Below are positions 8,788-17,323 of a stretch of 32,000 nt of DNA, piece after piece (within the stretch, counting starts at the first letter, position 1; every line of letters begins with the position of its first letter). This DNA is from an archaeon (GTDB lineage: Archaea; Iainarchaeota; Iainarchaeia; Iainarchaeales; CSSED10-239), in NCBI GenBank assembly GCA_035400625.1, contig DAOMZT010000003.1:1-32000 (forward strand), given 5' to 3'. The position numbers and the translations under genes were made by a program. The notes under the pieces were generated by a model. It had not been told where the DNA came from, did no database searches, and saw only the letters and a program-made list of their open reading frames with translations.

Positions 8788-9261
8788 ATGTCATCAGATC
8801 ATAATTACAACTACCAAAAAAAGCTAGACCCTAAAAAGTCAGCAAAAGCTGTAAGGCGTAATGCTCCAATCTCTGTAAAGTATTCAGTAGAGTTTGGAAA
8901 TTATTTTAGAAACATGCCTGTAAAAAAAGCTTTAAAGATTTTAGCAGATATTGAAGCAAAGAGAGATTATCTTCCACTTGTTAAGTATGCTAAGAAAGTT
9001 CCAAACAGGAAAGGACAAAGCAAAAGAGGAACAACAATAGGAAGATACCCAGTAAAATGTGCAAAATATATAAGGCTATTGCTAGAAGAAGCAAAAGCAA
9101 ATGCTGAAAATAAAAATCTAGATACAGAAAAATTAAAGATAGAAAGCATGTTTGCAACAAAAGGGGTAACCAGACAAAAAATACAGCCATTAGGTAGAAT
9201 AGGTGGAAAGACAAGAGAATCAAAATCAACAAATATTGAAGTTATAGTGGTGGAGGCTTAA
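8788..9261 (+). CDS. rpl22: 50S ribosomal protein uL22
   Basis: AKAVRRNAPISVKYSVEF... and its position between uS19 and uS3. Confidence 0.9.
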   Translation: MSSDHNYNYQKKLDPKKSAKAVRRNAPISVKYSVEFGNYFRNMPVKKALKILADIEAKRDYLPLVKYAKKVPNRKGQSKRGTTIGRYPVKCAKYIRLLLEEAKANAENKNLDTEKLKIESMFATKGVTRQKIQPLGRIGGKTRESKSTNIEVIVVEA

Positions 9262-9269
9262 GATCAAAC

Positions 9270-10097
9270 ATGAAGGAAAATGTTTTTGTTAAAGACAAAC
9301 TAAAAAAGATGGCAATTGCTCAGTATCTACAAAAGAAACTAAAGCAAGCAGGATTTATAGATGTTGAGGTAATTAAGTCACCAATTTCCACAAGAGTTAT
9401 TATCTATGCTTTAAGGCCAGGTTTTGTTATTGGTAAAAGCGGATATAATATCAAGGCATTAACTGAGGATCTAGAAAAAGATTTTGGTTTAAATAAAGTG
9501 CATATAGAGATTGGAGAACTACAAAACAAAGATCTTGATCCTAGGGTAATAATTGAAAATATTTCAAATGATATCGGCAGAGGAATTGCTTGGAAGTCAG
9601 CAGTTTATAGGGCAATGACACAGATGAGAAATGCAGGAGCAGTAGGTGCTGAAATTGTAGCAAAAGGCAACACTGCTGGTAAAGGTCAAAGAAAAAGATC
9701 TTCAAGATATGCATTTGGATATTTAAAAAAAGCAGGTTCACAAAAAGACCTTGTTACTTTTGAAAAAAGAACAACCTTTCCTGGTCTAGGAACAATCGGC
9801 ATAAGACTTAGAATTGTTCAGCCAGAAACTGTCTTTTCAGACAAGATCGATGTTAAGGAGTTATCTCACAGACACAAGCTTTTAAGAGAACAAAAAAAGC
9901 TAGAGAACAGAGAGGAAGAGGTTGAAAAAGAAACAAAAGTAGCAAAAGAAAAAATAGAAGAAAAGAAAAAACCAAAAGAAGAAGTAGCAAAAGAAAAAAA
10001 ACCTGCAAAAGAAGAAAAAACAGAAAAGAAGCCAAAAGCAAAAAAAGAAACCAAAACAGAAAAATTAGAAATAGTAGAAGAAATAATTGAAGAGTGA
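9270..10097 (+). CDS. rps3: 30S ribosomal protein uS3 with a K/E-rich C-terminal extension.
   Basis: KH-domain motif VIGKSGYNIKALTEDLEK and synteny. The last ~70 aa are a low-complexity KEKKP/KEEK tail. Confidence 0.93.
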   Translation: MKENVFVKDKLKKMAIAQYLQKKLKQAGFIDVEVIKSPISTRVIIYALRPGFVIGKSGYNIKALTEDLEKDFGLNKVHIEIGELQNKDLDPRVIIENISNDIGRGIAWKSAVYRAMTQMRNAGAVGAEIVAKGNTAGKGQRKRSSRYAFGYLKKAGSQKDLVTFEKRTTFPGLGTIGIRLRIVQPETVFSDKIDVKELSHRHKLLREQKKLENREEEVEKETKVAKEKIEEKKKPKEEVAKEKKPAKEEKTEKKPKAKKETKTEKLEIVEEIIEE

Positions 10098-10101
10098 TTA
10101 G

Positions 10102-10353
10102 ATGACTAAGAAAAAAGCAGTAACATTAAATTCAATTACAGAGATTGAAAATAAAGTTAAGGATTTAAAACTTGAACTAGCAAAAGAAAAAGGAATGCTA
10201 GCATCAAAAACAAAATCCACTAATCCAACAAAAAAAGCTGCTCTAAAAAAGCAGATTGCAAGACTTTTAACAAAATTAAATGCTCTAAAGAAAAAACAAA
10301 AAGAAGTTCCAAAAAAAGCAACTTCAAAAAAAGAAGTTCCAAAAAAGAAATAA
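10102..10353 (+). CDS. rpl29: 50S ribosomal protein uL29 with a K-rich tail containing a duplicated KKEVPKK unit.
   Basis: Position after uS3 and a helical K/E/L-rich L29-like core (LKLELAKEKG). Confidence 0.85.
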   Translation: MTKKKAVTLNSITEIENKVKDLKLELAKEKGMLASKTKSTNPTKKAALKKQIARLLTKLNALKKKQKEVPKKATSKKEVPKKK

Positions 10354-10376
10354 TTTGTGAGGTGTAAATTTAGAAT

Positions 10377-10679
10377 ATGGCTGAGATTTGTTCTGTATGT
10401 CATTTACCAAAAACAATCTGTACTTGTGATCTTAGAACAAGAGAACAACAACAGATAAAAATTAGAACTGAAAGAAAGAAATTCAAAAAGTATGCAACAT
10501 TGATTTCTGGATTTACAGATGCTAATGAGCAACAGGAAGTTTTCAAGTATCTTAAGAAGAAGTTAGCTTGTGGTGGAACAGTAAAGGACAATGTTATTGA
10601 ACTACAAGGCGAGCAAAAAGAAAGAATAAAAAAACTATTAATAGAAAAAGGATATCTTGAGGAATTAATCGATGCTTAA
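10377..10679 (+). CDS. sui1: Translation initiation factor aIF1 (SUI1 family).
   Basis: N-terminal Cys knuckle CSVCHLPKTICTC, then ...IKIRTERKKFKKYATLISGF......LKKKLACGGTVKDNVIELQG, typical of SUI1. It occupies the conserved archaeal slot between L29 and the RNase P subunit. Confidence 0.9.
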   Translation: MAEICSVCHLPKTICTCDLRTREQQQIKIRTERKKFKKYATLISGFTDANEQQEVFKYLKKKLACGGTVKDNVIELQGEQKERIKKLLIEKGYLEELIDA

Positions 10680-10866
10680 TATCAAAAATTCTGAGCTGAT
10701 CGGAAAAAAAGTAATTATAAAAAACTCGTCAGACAGAACAAAGATAGGAAAAAAAGGAATAGTAATCTACCAAACAAAAGAGTTACTAAAAATTAGAGAT
10801 GATAAAGAAAAAATATTTGAAATAAAACAAAATGAAATAATAAATTTAGAAACAATAAATATGTGA
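10672..10866 (+). CDS. rnp1: RNase P protein component 1 (Rpp29/Pop4 homologue), unusually short at 64 aa.
   Basis: Conserved slot between SUI1 and uS17. The Sm-like core LIGKKVIIKNSSDRTKIGKKGIVIYQTKELLKI resembles the Rpp29 signature. It overlaps the SUI1 stop by 8 nt. Confidence 0.7.
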   Translation: MLNIKNSELIGKKVIIKNSSDRTKIGKKGIVIYQTKELLKIRDDKEKIFEIKQNEIINLETINM

Positions 10867-10872
10867 AATGTT

Positions 10873-11244
10873 ATGGATGTCAAAACATGTCTTGATAAAA
10901 ACTGCCCAGTTCATGGACAGATAAGTGTAAGAGGAAAGACTTTACAAGGTACTGTGGTTAAGAAAAAAGCTTTAAAAACCGCAGTAATACAAATAGAGAA
11001 AGCAAAGTATATCAGAAAATATGAAAGATACATGAAAAAGAAAGTAAAGATCCCAGTACACTGCCCAGAATGTATGGATATTAATATAGGAGACATTGTG
11101 CTTGTTGGCGAAACCAGAAAACTAAGCAAAACAAAGTCTTTTGTTATTATGAAAAAACTAGGAACCTTAAGCCACATGGAAGAAATACTTAAAGATGAAG
11201 ATAAATACGAAGGTATAGAGGAAGAAGAGGTTGAAGAAGAATGA
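10873..11244 (+). CDS. rps17: 30S ribosomal protein uS17
   Basis: CPVHGQISVRGKTLQGTVVKKKALKTAVIQ matches archaeal S17, and synteny agrees. The tail is acidic. Confidence 0.93.
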   Translation: MDVKTCLDKNCPVHGQISVRGKTLQGTVVKKKALKTAVIQIEKAKYIRKYERYMKKKVKIPVHCPECMDINIGDIVLVGETRKLSKTKSFVIMKKLGTLSHMEEILKDEDKYEGIEEEEVEEE

Positions 11245-11639
11245 AACCAATAAGTTCAAATGTAACAAGAGGGCTTCAAGCAGGCTCCAGATGCTTATGT
11301 TCAGATAATAGCGGCGCTAAAGAAGTAGAGATAATTTCAGTCATTGGTGTTAAAACAAAAAAAAGAGGAGTACAGTCAGCAGGAATAGCGTCTCTTCTAA
11401 ATGTTGTTGTTAAAAAAGGAAAGCCAGCAATGAAGAAGAAAATGGAAAGAGCAGTTGTTATTAGAGTTAAAAAAGAATACAGAAGAAAGAACGGCTGGAG
11501 AATTTGCTTTGAAGATAATGCAGTTGTCTTAACAGACCCTAAAGGTTTTCCAAAAGGCTCAGAAATAAAGGGTTGTGTTGCAAAAGAAGTTGGAGAGAGA
11601 TTCCCTAAGATTGCAGGGCTAGCCAGTGCAGTTATTTAA
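11241..11639 (+). CDS. rpl14: 50S ribosomal protein uL14
   Basis: GLQAGSRCLCSDNSGAKEVEIISV matches the L14 family. ATGA overlap with the uS17 stop. Confidence 0.95.
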   Translation: MKPISSNVTRGLQAGSRCLCSDNSGAKEVEIISVIGVKTKKRGVQSAGIASLLNVVVKKGKPAMKKKMERAVVIRVKKEYRRKNGWRICFEDNAVVLTDPKGFPKGSEIKGCVAKEVGERFPKIAGLASAVI

Positions 11640-11664
11640 GATAATTATTTTGGGTGAATAAAAA

Positions 11665-12027
11665 ATGATTAATAAAACAAAAAAACCAGGAAAGAACAGA
11701 AAAAGAATGTTAACTGGTGTTTATCATGTTAAAAGAAAATTATTAGTTGCTCCAATTGACAAGCCACTTATAAAACAAGTAAATAAGAAAAGAACATCTT
11801 TGAGAAAAGGAGATGGTGTTAAAGTGCTTGTTGGAGACAATAAAGGAAAAACAAGTGTTGTAGACAGGGTAAACTATGACAAAGGAGTAGTTTATCTTAA
11901 AGATTTCAAGGTGACAAACTCAAGAGGTCAAGAAAAATTAATACCTTTTAAGGCCTCAAACCTAGTAATCACATCATTAGTTTTAAATGATAAAAAAAGA
12001 TTTGTTGAAAAAAAATCAAAAAAATAA
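11665..12027 (+). CDS. rpl24: 50S ribosomal protein uL24
   Basis: KOW motif LRKGDGVKVLVGDNKGKTSVV and synteny. Confidence 0.92.
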   Translation: MINKTKKPGKNRKRMLTGVYHVKRKLLVAPIDKPLIKQVNKKRTSLRKGDGVKVLVGDNKGKTSVVDRVNYDKGVVYLKDFKVTNSRGQEKLIPFKASNLVITSLVLNDKKRFVEKKSKK

Positions 12028-12042
12028 TTGGTGACTTATAAT

Positions 12043-12732
12043 ATGACAAAGAAAGGAAGTACAAGAGTTTTAAAAACTCAAAATACAGGAAAGGTTCATA
12101 AGATTGATAAGAAAAAAAGATTTGTTCTAAGACCAAATCCTGGAAAGCACTCTCTTCAAAAGGTTGTTAGTGCAGGGTATGTCTTAAGAGATCTATTACA
12201 CTTAACAGAGAACAACAGAGAATCAACTTTTATTATAAGAAATAGAGAAATGTTAGTTGATAAGAAGCCAGTCAAGTCAATCAATTACGCAATTGGCTTA
12301 TTTGATATTATTGAGTTTCCAAAGATAAATAAAGCTTATAAAGTAACATATAAGAAAAATGGCTTAATTACCTTGATTGAAATAAATCAAGAAGAGACAA
12401 AATATAAGGTTTGTAAGATAGTTAAAAAAATGATATCAAAGAAAGGACAAACACAGTTAATAACAAATGATGGGAGAAGTGTTTTTACAACAAACCAAGC
12501 TTATAAGACAAAAGCATCTATTAAGCTTGACCTTGAAAACAACACCATAAAAGAATATTATCCACTTGAGAAAGGCAGAAAGGTTTTCTTGATAGGTGGT
12601 AAACATGTTGGAAAAACAGGGACTATTGTTTCAGTAACAAAAGGAAATATGATTAAAAAAGAATTAGTGAAATTAAAGATTGATGATAAAGAGTTTGAGA
12701 CTACAGAAAAAAATGTTTTTGTAATCAACTAA
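12043..12732 (+). CDS. rps4e: 30S ribosomal protein eS4
   Basis: S4e-like sequence with a C-terminal KOW (FLIGGKHVGKTGTIVSV). The ATG at 12043 lies 8 nt after GGTGA (12030-12034). The ORF track begins at TTG 12028, which is less likely. Confidence 0.9.
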   Translation: MTKKGSTRVLKTQNTGKVHKIDKKKRFVLRPNPGKHSLQKVVSAGYVLRDLLHLTENNRESTFIIRNREMLVDKKPVKSINYAIGLFDIIEFPKINKAYKVTYKKNGLITLIEINQEETKYKVCKIVKKMISKKGQTQLITNDGRSVFTTNQAYKTKASIKLDLENNTIKEYYPLEKGRKVFLIGGKHVGKTGTIVSVTKGNMIKKELVKLKIDDKEFETTEKNVFVIN

Positions 12733-12745
12733 AAAGTGATATTTT

Positions 12746-13270
12746 ATGACAACAGATAAAAAAAACAACCCAAACAGGGAAATCTTTGTAGAGAAGGTAA
12801 CCGTGAACATGGGTGTTGGTGAAGCTGGCGAAGAGCTAGAAAAAGGTTTAAAGATTCTACAATTGGTAACTAAAAAGAAACCAGTAAAGACAGTTTCAAC
12901 TTTTAAATTACCAACTTGGGGAATAAGGCCTGGTCTGCCAATCGGTGGCAAGGTAACTTTAAGAGGAAAAGGCGCTCTTGATTTTATAGATCTAACATTA
13001 AAAGCAAAAAATAACAAGATAAAAAAGAAATCTTTCTCAAACGAGGGGGTTTTCTCTTATGGTATACATGAATATTTAGATGTTCCAGGAATAAAATATG
13101 ACCCAAATCTTGGAATCAGAGGTTTTGATGTTTGCGTGTCTTTGAAAAGAAAGGGATACAGAGTAAAACAGAGAAAATATAATATCGCAAAAGTAGGAAA
13201 GAAACACAGAATCACAAAAGATGAGGCAATTGAATTTGCAAAAGAAAAATTAAAAATAGTGGTTGAATGA
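12746..13270 (+). CDS. rpl5: 50S ribosomal protein uL5
   Basis: NPNREIFVEKVTVNMGVGEAGEELEKG matches archaeal L5, and synteny agrees. Confidence 0.95.
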   Translation: MTTDKKNNPNREIFVEKVTVNMGVGEAGEELEKGLKILQLVTKKKPVKTVSTFKLPTWGIRPGLPIGGKVTLRGKGALDFIDLTLKAKNNKIKKKSFSNEGVFSYGIHEYLDVPGIKYDPNLGIRGFDVCVSLKRKGYRVKQRKYNIAKVGKKHRITKDEAIEFAKEKLKIVVE

Positions 13271-13440
13271 GTGAAATAGATTATAAAAAATTAGGCAAAA
13301 CAAGTAAAGAACTTAAAAGAACAAGAAAGTGTAGATTTTGTGAAACTAACAAAGGACTTATAAGAAAATATAATCTTTACATCTGTAGAAGATGCTTTAA
13401 AGAATATGCAGACAAGTTGGGATTTAAAAAATTAGATTAA
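13267..13440 (+). CDS. rps14: 30S ribosomal protein uS14, zinc-binding type, 57 aa. It is below the ORF-track size cutoff.
   Basis: Hand translation gives MSEIDYKKLGKTSKELKRTRKCRFCETNKGLIRKYNLYICRRCFKEYADKLGFKKLD, with a CxxC...CxxC pattern. ATGA overlap with the uL5 stop, in the expected slot between uL5 and uS8. Confidence 0.9.
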   Translation: MSEIDYKKLGKTSKELKRTRKCRFCETNKGLIRKYNLYICRRCFKEYADKLGFKKLD

Positions 13441-13461
13441 ATATTTATTAGGTGAAAATAG

Positions 13462-13851
13462 ATGAGCTTAAACGATCCAATAGTAAACGCATTAAACAAC
13501 ATAAATAATGCAGAGATGGCTTCTAAACAAACATGTACACTTAACCATTCTAAGTTTTTAGAAAGTGTGTTAACTCTTCTAAAAAAAGAAGGATATATTA
13601 AGATGTACAAGGTTTTAGATAAGAAACCAAGTAAGCAAGTTGTTGTTTATCTGGGTGGCAGAATAAACAAATGCAGGGCAGTTAAACCAAGATATCCTGT
13701 GAAAAAGCAAGACTATGAAAAGTTTGAAAAGTCTTATCTTATCTCAAGAGATGTCGGCGTGTTAATTGTAAGCACAACACAAGGTATAATGAGCCACAAA
13801 GATGCTAAAGAGAAAAGCCTTGGTGGAAGAATCATTGGCTACATTTATTAA
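13462..13851 (+). CDS. rps8: 30S ribosomal protein uS8
   Basis: DPIVNALNNINNAEMASK and the C-terminal GGRIIGYIY match S8. GGTGA lies upstream. Confidence 0.95.
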   Translation: MSLNDPIVNALNNINNAEMASKQTCTLNHSKFLESVLTLLKKEGYIKMYKVLDKKPSKQVVVYLGGRINKCRAVKPRYPVKKQDYEKFEKSYLISRDVGVLIVSTTQGIMSHKDAKEKSLGGRIIGYIY

Positions 13852-13873
13852 TTTTATAAATTGTGAAAATATT

Positions 13874-14431
13874 ATGCAAACAAAAAAAGAAATTAAAGAA
13901 ATTAAAGAAACAAAGATAAAGATACCAAGCGATGTAAAAGTGCATCTTGGATCTCACGATTTGGTTCTTGAAAAGTCCGGAAAGAAAATAGACATTGCAT
14001 TTAATCCAGTTTATATTTCTGCAAAGTTTGAGAATGGAGAAATAGAGCTTACACCTAAAAGTAAGAAAAGAACAATCAAAGCTGTTGTTAACAGTACAGA
14101 GAAGCATATAATAAATGCATTAAAGGGTTTTGAAAAAGACTATGTTTACAAGCTTTCAGTTGTTTATTCTCACTTTCCAATAACTGTAAAAGTGGAAGGC
14201 GATGAAGTTATTATCTCAAACTTTTTAGGTGAGAAGAAACCAAGAAAAACAAAGATCCTTCCTGGCTGTAAAGTTGAAGTTAAAGGAAAAGACATAGTAG
14301 TAAAAGGTTTTGACAAATATGCTACTGGCCAAACAGCAGGAAACATAGAAAAAGCAACAAGAGTTATTGGAAGAGATTTTAGAATATTTGATGATGGCTG
14401 TTATATTGTTGAAAAAGCAAAACGTGAATGA
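13874..14431 (+). CDS. rpl6: 50S ribosomal protein uL6
   Basis: Synteny and L6-like two-domain beta-rich sequence. The internal ATG at 13874 is preceded by tgtga and avoids a 50-nt overlap with uS8 (the ORF track starts at 13802). Confidence 0.9.
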   Translation: MQTKKEIKEIKETKIKIPSDVKVHLGSHDLVLEKSGKKIDIAFNPVYISAKFENGEIELTPKSKKRTIKAVVNSTEKHIINALKGFEKDYVYKLSVVYSHFPITVKVEGDEVIISNFLGEKKPRKTKILPGCKVEVKGKDIVVKGFDKYATGQTAGNIEKATRVIGRDFRIFDDGCYIVEKAKRE

Positions 14432-14772
14432 TTATGAGTAATGATACACCAAACTTTAGAGGGCACTTTCCAATTGATGGAAGACTAAGAAAACGCAACA
14501 GAAAAGTGCAAAAATGGAGATACCTAAGAGGTATCGATAGACACATGTCTGTTAAGAAAGGACCACAGCCAAAGATTGGTTATGGCCACAAGAATACAGA
14601 AAAAGAAAAGCACCCTTGTGGTTTAAAGGAATGTATTGTTAGAACAGCAACAGACATAAACAAACTTAACCCAAAAGAGGTCGCAATAAGATTTAATGGA
14701 ACTCTTGGCCTAAAGAAAAAAACAGAACTAAAAAAAGTTGCAAAAGAAAAGGGCTTTAAAATATTAAATTAA
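14428..14772 (+). CDS. rpl32e: 50S ribosomal protein eL32
   Basis: KWRYLRGIDRHMSVKKGPQPKIGYG matches the L32e pattern. ATGA overlap with uL6. Confidence 0.9.
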   Translation: MIMSNDTPNFRGHFPIDGRLRKRNRKVQKWRYLRGIDRHMSVKKGPQPKIGYGHKNTEKEKHPCGLKECIVRTATDINKLNPKEVAIRFNGTLGLKKKTELKKVAKEKGFKILN

Positions 14773-14788
14773 AAAATGGTGTAAACCT

Positions 14789-15241
14789 ATGAAGTTAGAT
14801 AAATTAAAAACAATTTCAGGAACTATCCTTAAGAAAAGCAAGCATAAGTTAGTTATTGATGAGAAGAAATATCAAGCCAATAAAGAGTTTGTTGATAAGG
14901 CAATAACTAAGCAAGATGTTAGAGATGCAATAGCAAAAGGAGTAGTAAAGAAGAAAAACGATACTGGCCAATCAAGAGGAAGAGCAAGAGTTCTTCTAAA
15001 GAAAAAACAATTAAAAAGAAGAAGAGGACAAGGAAAAAGAAGAGGAACACCAAGCGCAAGACAAAATAGAAACTTATATAATGACAAGATAAGGGCTTTA
15101 AGAAAAAGATTAAGAGAATTAAAAAAAGAAGACAAACTAAATGATAAAAACTATCGTCAAGTTTACTTAATGATAAATGGTAACTACTTTAGAGGAAAGA
15201 AACATTTAGAAGAATATATTAGTAGTGGTGAAAAGAAATGA
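14789..15241 (+). CDS. rpl19e: 50S ribosomal protein eL19
   Basis: Basic motif RGRARVLLKKKQLKRRRGQGKRRGT and synteny. Confidence 0.9.
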   Translation: MKLDKLKTISGTILKKSKHKLVIDEKKYQANKEFVDKAITKQDVRDAIAKGVVKKKNDTGQSRGRARVLLKKKQLKRRRGQGKRRGTPSARQNRNLYNDKIRALRKRLRELKKEDKLNDKNYRQVYLMINGNYFRGKKHLEEYISSGEKK

Positions 15242-15750
15242 CATCAGGACCAACATATAAAGTTGCATTTAAAAGAAGAAGAGAGCAAAAGACAGACTAC
15301 AAGAAAAGACTTGCAGTACTTAAGTCTAAAAAGGACAGAGTTGTATTAAGAGTAACTAATACTCTTGTCAGAGCTCAATTGATAAGATATAATAAAGATG
15401 GAGATAAGACTATTGCAAGTGCGGATTCAAAGGAGTTAAAGGCTTTAGGCTATTCAGGAAACACAAAAAACACTCCTGCAGTCTACTTAACAACTTTACT
15501 TTTAGCTCAAAAAGCAAAGAAGAAAGGAGTTAAAGAAGTCATACTTGACTTAGGTGCAAGAAACTACAAGTCAGGTAATAAGATCTTTGCAGGTTTAAAG
15601 GCAATAGTAGATTCTGGGCTTGATTGTCCATATGATGAAAAGGCTTTTCCAAAAGAGGAAAGAATTGAAGGGAAAGTAATATCAGAATATTTAAAGAAAC
15701 CAATTGATAAGGAGTTTACTGCTACAAAAGAAAAAATATTAAAGATGTGA
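15238..15750 (+). CDS. rpl18: 50S ribosomal protein uL18
   Basis: GPTYKVAFKRRREQKTDYKKRLAVLKSKKDRVVLRVTN matches archaeal L18. ATGA overlap with eL19. Confidence 0.95.
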   Translation: MTSGPTYKVAFKRRREQKTDYKKRLAVLKSKKDRVVLRVTNTLVRAQLIRYNKDGDKTIASADSKELKALGYSGNTKNTPAVYLTTLLLAQKAKKKGVKEVILDLGARNYKSGNKIFAGLKAIVDSGLDCPYDEKAFPKEERIEGKVISEYLKKPIDKEFTATKEKILKM

Positions 15751-15757
15751 TTATTCT

Positions 15758-16459
15758 ATGTGTGCATTTAAAGAAAGAGAAAATAGACCAAGAAGGGAAA
15801 AAAGAGAAGAAAAAGTATTTGATAAAGATGCTTGGATTCCAAAAACTGAGCTTGGTAGAAGAGTTAAGTCCGGAGAAATAGCCTCTCTAGATGATGTCTT
15901 CAAGCTTGGTAAAAAGATTATGGAACCTGAAATTGTTGATTACTTTATTCCTGATCTAAAGACGAAAATAATTGATGTTAAAAAGACAACAAGAGTAACA
16001 AGAGCAGGAAGGCATTTTTCTTTTAGAGTCTCTGTAATAATTGGAGACGGTAATGGCCACATAGGTGTTGGAACAGGAAAGAATATTGAAAGAATCGTTG
16101 CTCAGGAAAAAGCAATCAAAGATGCAAAATTAAATATTATCCCAGTAAGAAGAGGATGTGGTTCTTGGGAATGTAACTGTTCAAAGAAACATTCTGTGCC
16201 ATATAAAGTCACAGGGAAATGTTCATCTTTAAGAGTTGAGCTTTTGCCTGCACCTAATGGAGTTGGCCTAGCTGTAAGTGATAGCATTAAGCCAATCTTT
16301 GATCTTGTAGGAATAAAAGATCTTTGGTCAGATACAAGAGGCGCAACAGACACAAAGCTAAACTTTGCAAGAGCAACAATTGATGCATTGTACAAGATTT
16401 CAGATTTTAAGACCAAAGAAAAGGAAATAGAAACTGAAGATAAAGAAGATAAAGAATGA
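15758..16459 (+). CDS. rps5: 30S ribosomal protein uS5
   Basis: WIPKTELGRRVKSGEI...TRVTRAGRHFSFRVSVIIGDGNGHIGVGTGK matches the S5 family. Confidence 0.95.
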   Translation: MCAFKERENRPRREKREEKVFDKDAWIPKTELGRRVKSGEIASLDDVFKLGKKIMEPEIVDYFIPDLKTKIIDVKKTTRVTRAGRHFSFRVSVIIGDGNGHIGVGTGKNIERIVAQEKAIKDAKLNIIPVRRGCGSWECNCSKKHSVPYKVTGKCSSLRVELLPAPNGVGLAVSDSIKPIFDLVGIKDLWSDTRGATDTKLNFARATIDALYKISDFKTKEKEIETEDKEDKE

Positions 16460-16475
16460 AAAAGTGAAATGAGAT

Positions 16476-16940
16476 ATGTTTGCAATAATTAGAATAAGAG
16501 GACCAATAAAGGTTAATACAGATATTGAAAACACAATGAAGCTATTAAACTTAACTAGAGTAAATCATTGTGTAATCTATCCAGAAGACAAGTATGTTAA
16601 AGGCATGCTTCATAAGTTAAGAAACATGGTAACCTATGGCGAAATATCAAAAGAAACCTTAAAGAAAATGCTAAACAAGAGAGGTTATTGCTATAATGAG
16701 AAAGGAAAATTAATTAAATTTAAAGAACATTACAAGGACGAGAAAAAACAAGACAAGATTGTTGAAGAAATAATCTCAGGAAAAGCAAAGCTTGAAGATT
16801 TTGGGATCAAGAAGGTTTTTAGACTAAAGCCACCAACAAAAGGCTTTGACAGGAAAGGAATCAAAAAGACATTTAAGGAAGGAGGAGTGCTTGGTTATAG
16901 AGCAGACCAAATTAATACTCTTCTATTAAAAATGATTTAA
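16476..16940 (+). CDS. rpl30: 50S ribosomal protein uL30
   Basis: FAIIRIRGPIKVNTDIENTMKLLNLTRVNHCVI matches archaeal L30. Confidence 0.93.
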   Translation: MFAIIRIRGPIKVNTDIENTMKLLNLTRVNHCVIYPEDKYVKGMLHKLRNMVTYGEISKETLKKMLNKRGYCYNEKGKLIKFKEHYKDEKKQDKIVEEIISGKAKLEDFGIKKVFRLKPPTKGFDRKGIKKTFKEGGVLGYRADQINTLLLKMI

Positions 16941-16954
16941 ATTTGTGAAAAGTT

Positions 16955-17323
16955 ATGGGTAAAAGAAAGATTGACAGATTAAGAGGAAAGAGAACTCACG
17001 GCCACGGTAACACAAAGAATGCAAGAGGTTCAGGCTGTACTGGTGGTAAAGGTAGAGCTGGCTCAACAAAACACAAGTTCACAAAATATTATGTTGATTT
17101 TGGTAAAAGAGTTTTCTTAAAACCAAAGACAAAGCTAAAGACAATTACTCTTGAGGCATTGTCTGATATGATAAAGGATAAAAAAGAAATAAATTTAAAA
17201 GAACTAGGCTATGATAAGATTCTTGGTAAAGGGAATATCACAAAGCCAGTTGTTTTTAGTAATGCTTTAGTAACAGCGGTTGCTAAAGAGAAGATTGAAA
17301 AAGCCGGGGGAAAGGTTCAATGA
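16955..17323 (+). CDS. rpl15: 50S ribosomal protein uL15
   Basis: RLRGKRTHGHGNTKNARGSGCTGGKGRAGSTKHKF matches the L15 family. Confidence 0.93.
   Translation: MGKRKIDRLRGKRTHGHGNTKNARGSGCTGGKGRAGSTKHKFTKYYVDFGKRVFLKPKTKLKTITLEALSDMIKDKKEINLKELGYDKILGKGNITKPVVFSNALVTAVAKEKIEKAGGKVQ

Noticed and set aside
9853-10403. Minus-strand ORFs (9853-10041, 9866-10054, 10098-10403) rich in F/L/S.
   Set aside because: They are antisense to the A-rich K/E tails of uS3 and uL29. Poly-Phe/Leu translation is the expected mirror image, and the sense genes are securely identified.
12673-13017. A 114-aa minus-strand ORF, and likewise the 127-aa minus-strand ORF at 16102-16485.
   Set aside because: They are antisense to the securely identified eS4/uL5 and uS5/uL30 genes. 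They have no recognisable motifs, and the whole region is a single-strand operon.
13802-13873. An N-terminal extension of uL6 from the ORF-track start at 13802.
   Set aside because: It would overlap the uS8 coding end by 50 nt. ATG 13874 has an upstream tgtga motif and yields an N-terminus of typical length. The TTG, GTG or ATG track starts at 12028 (eS4), 22154 (eL18), 22982 (uS9), 23358 (RpoN), 23594 (uS2), 29331 (eS28) and 29558 (eL24) were rejected in favour of SD-spaced ATGs for similar reasons.
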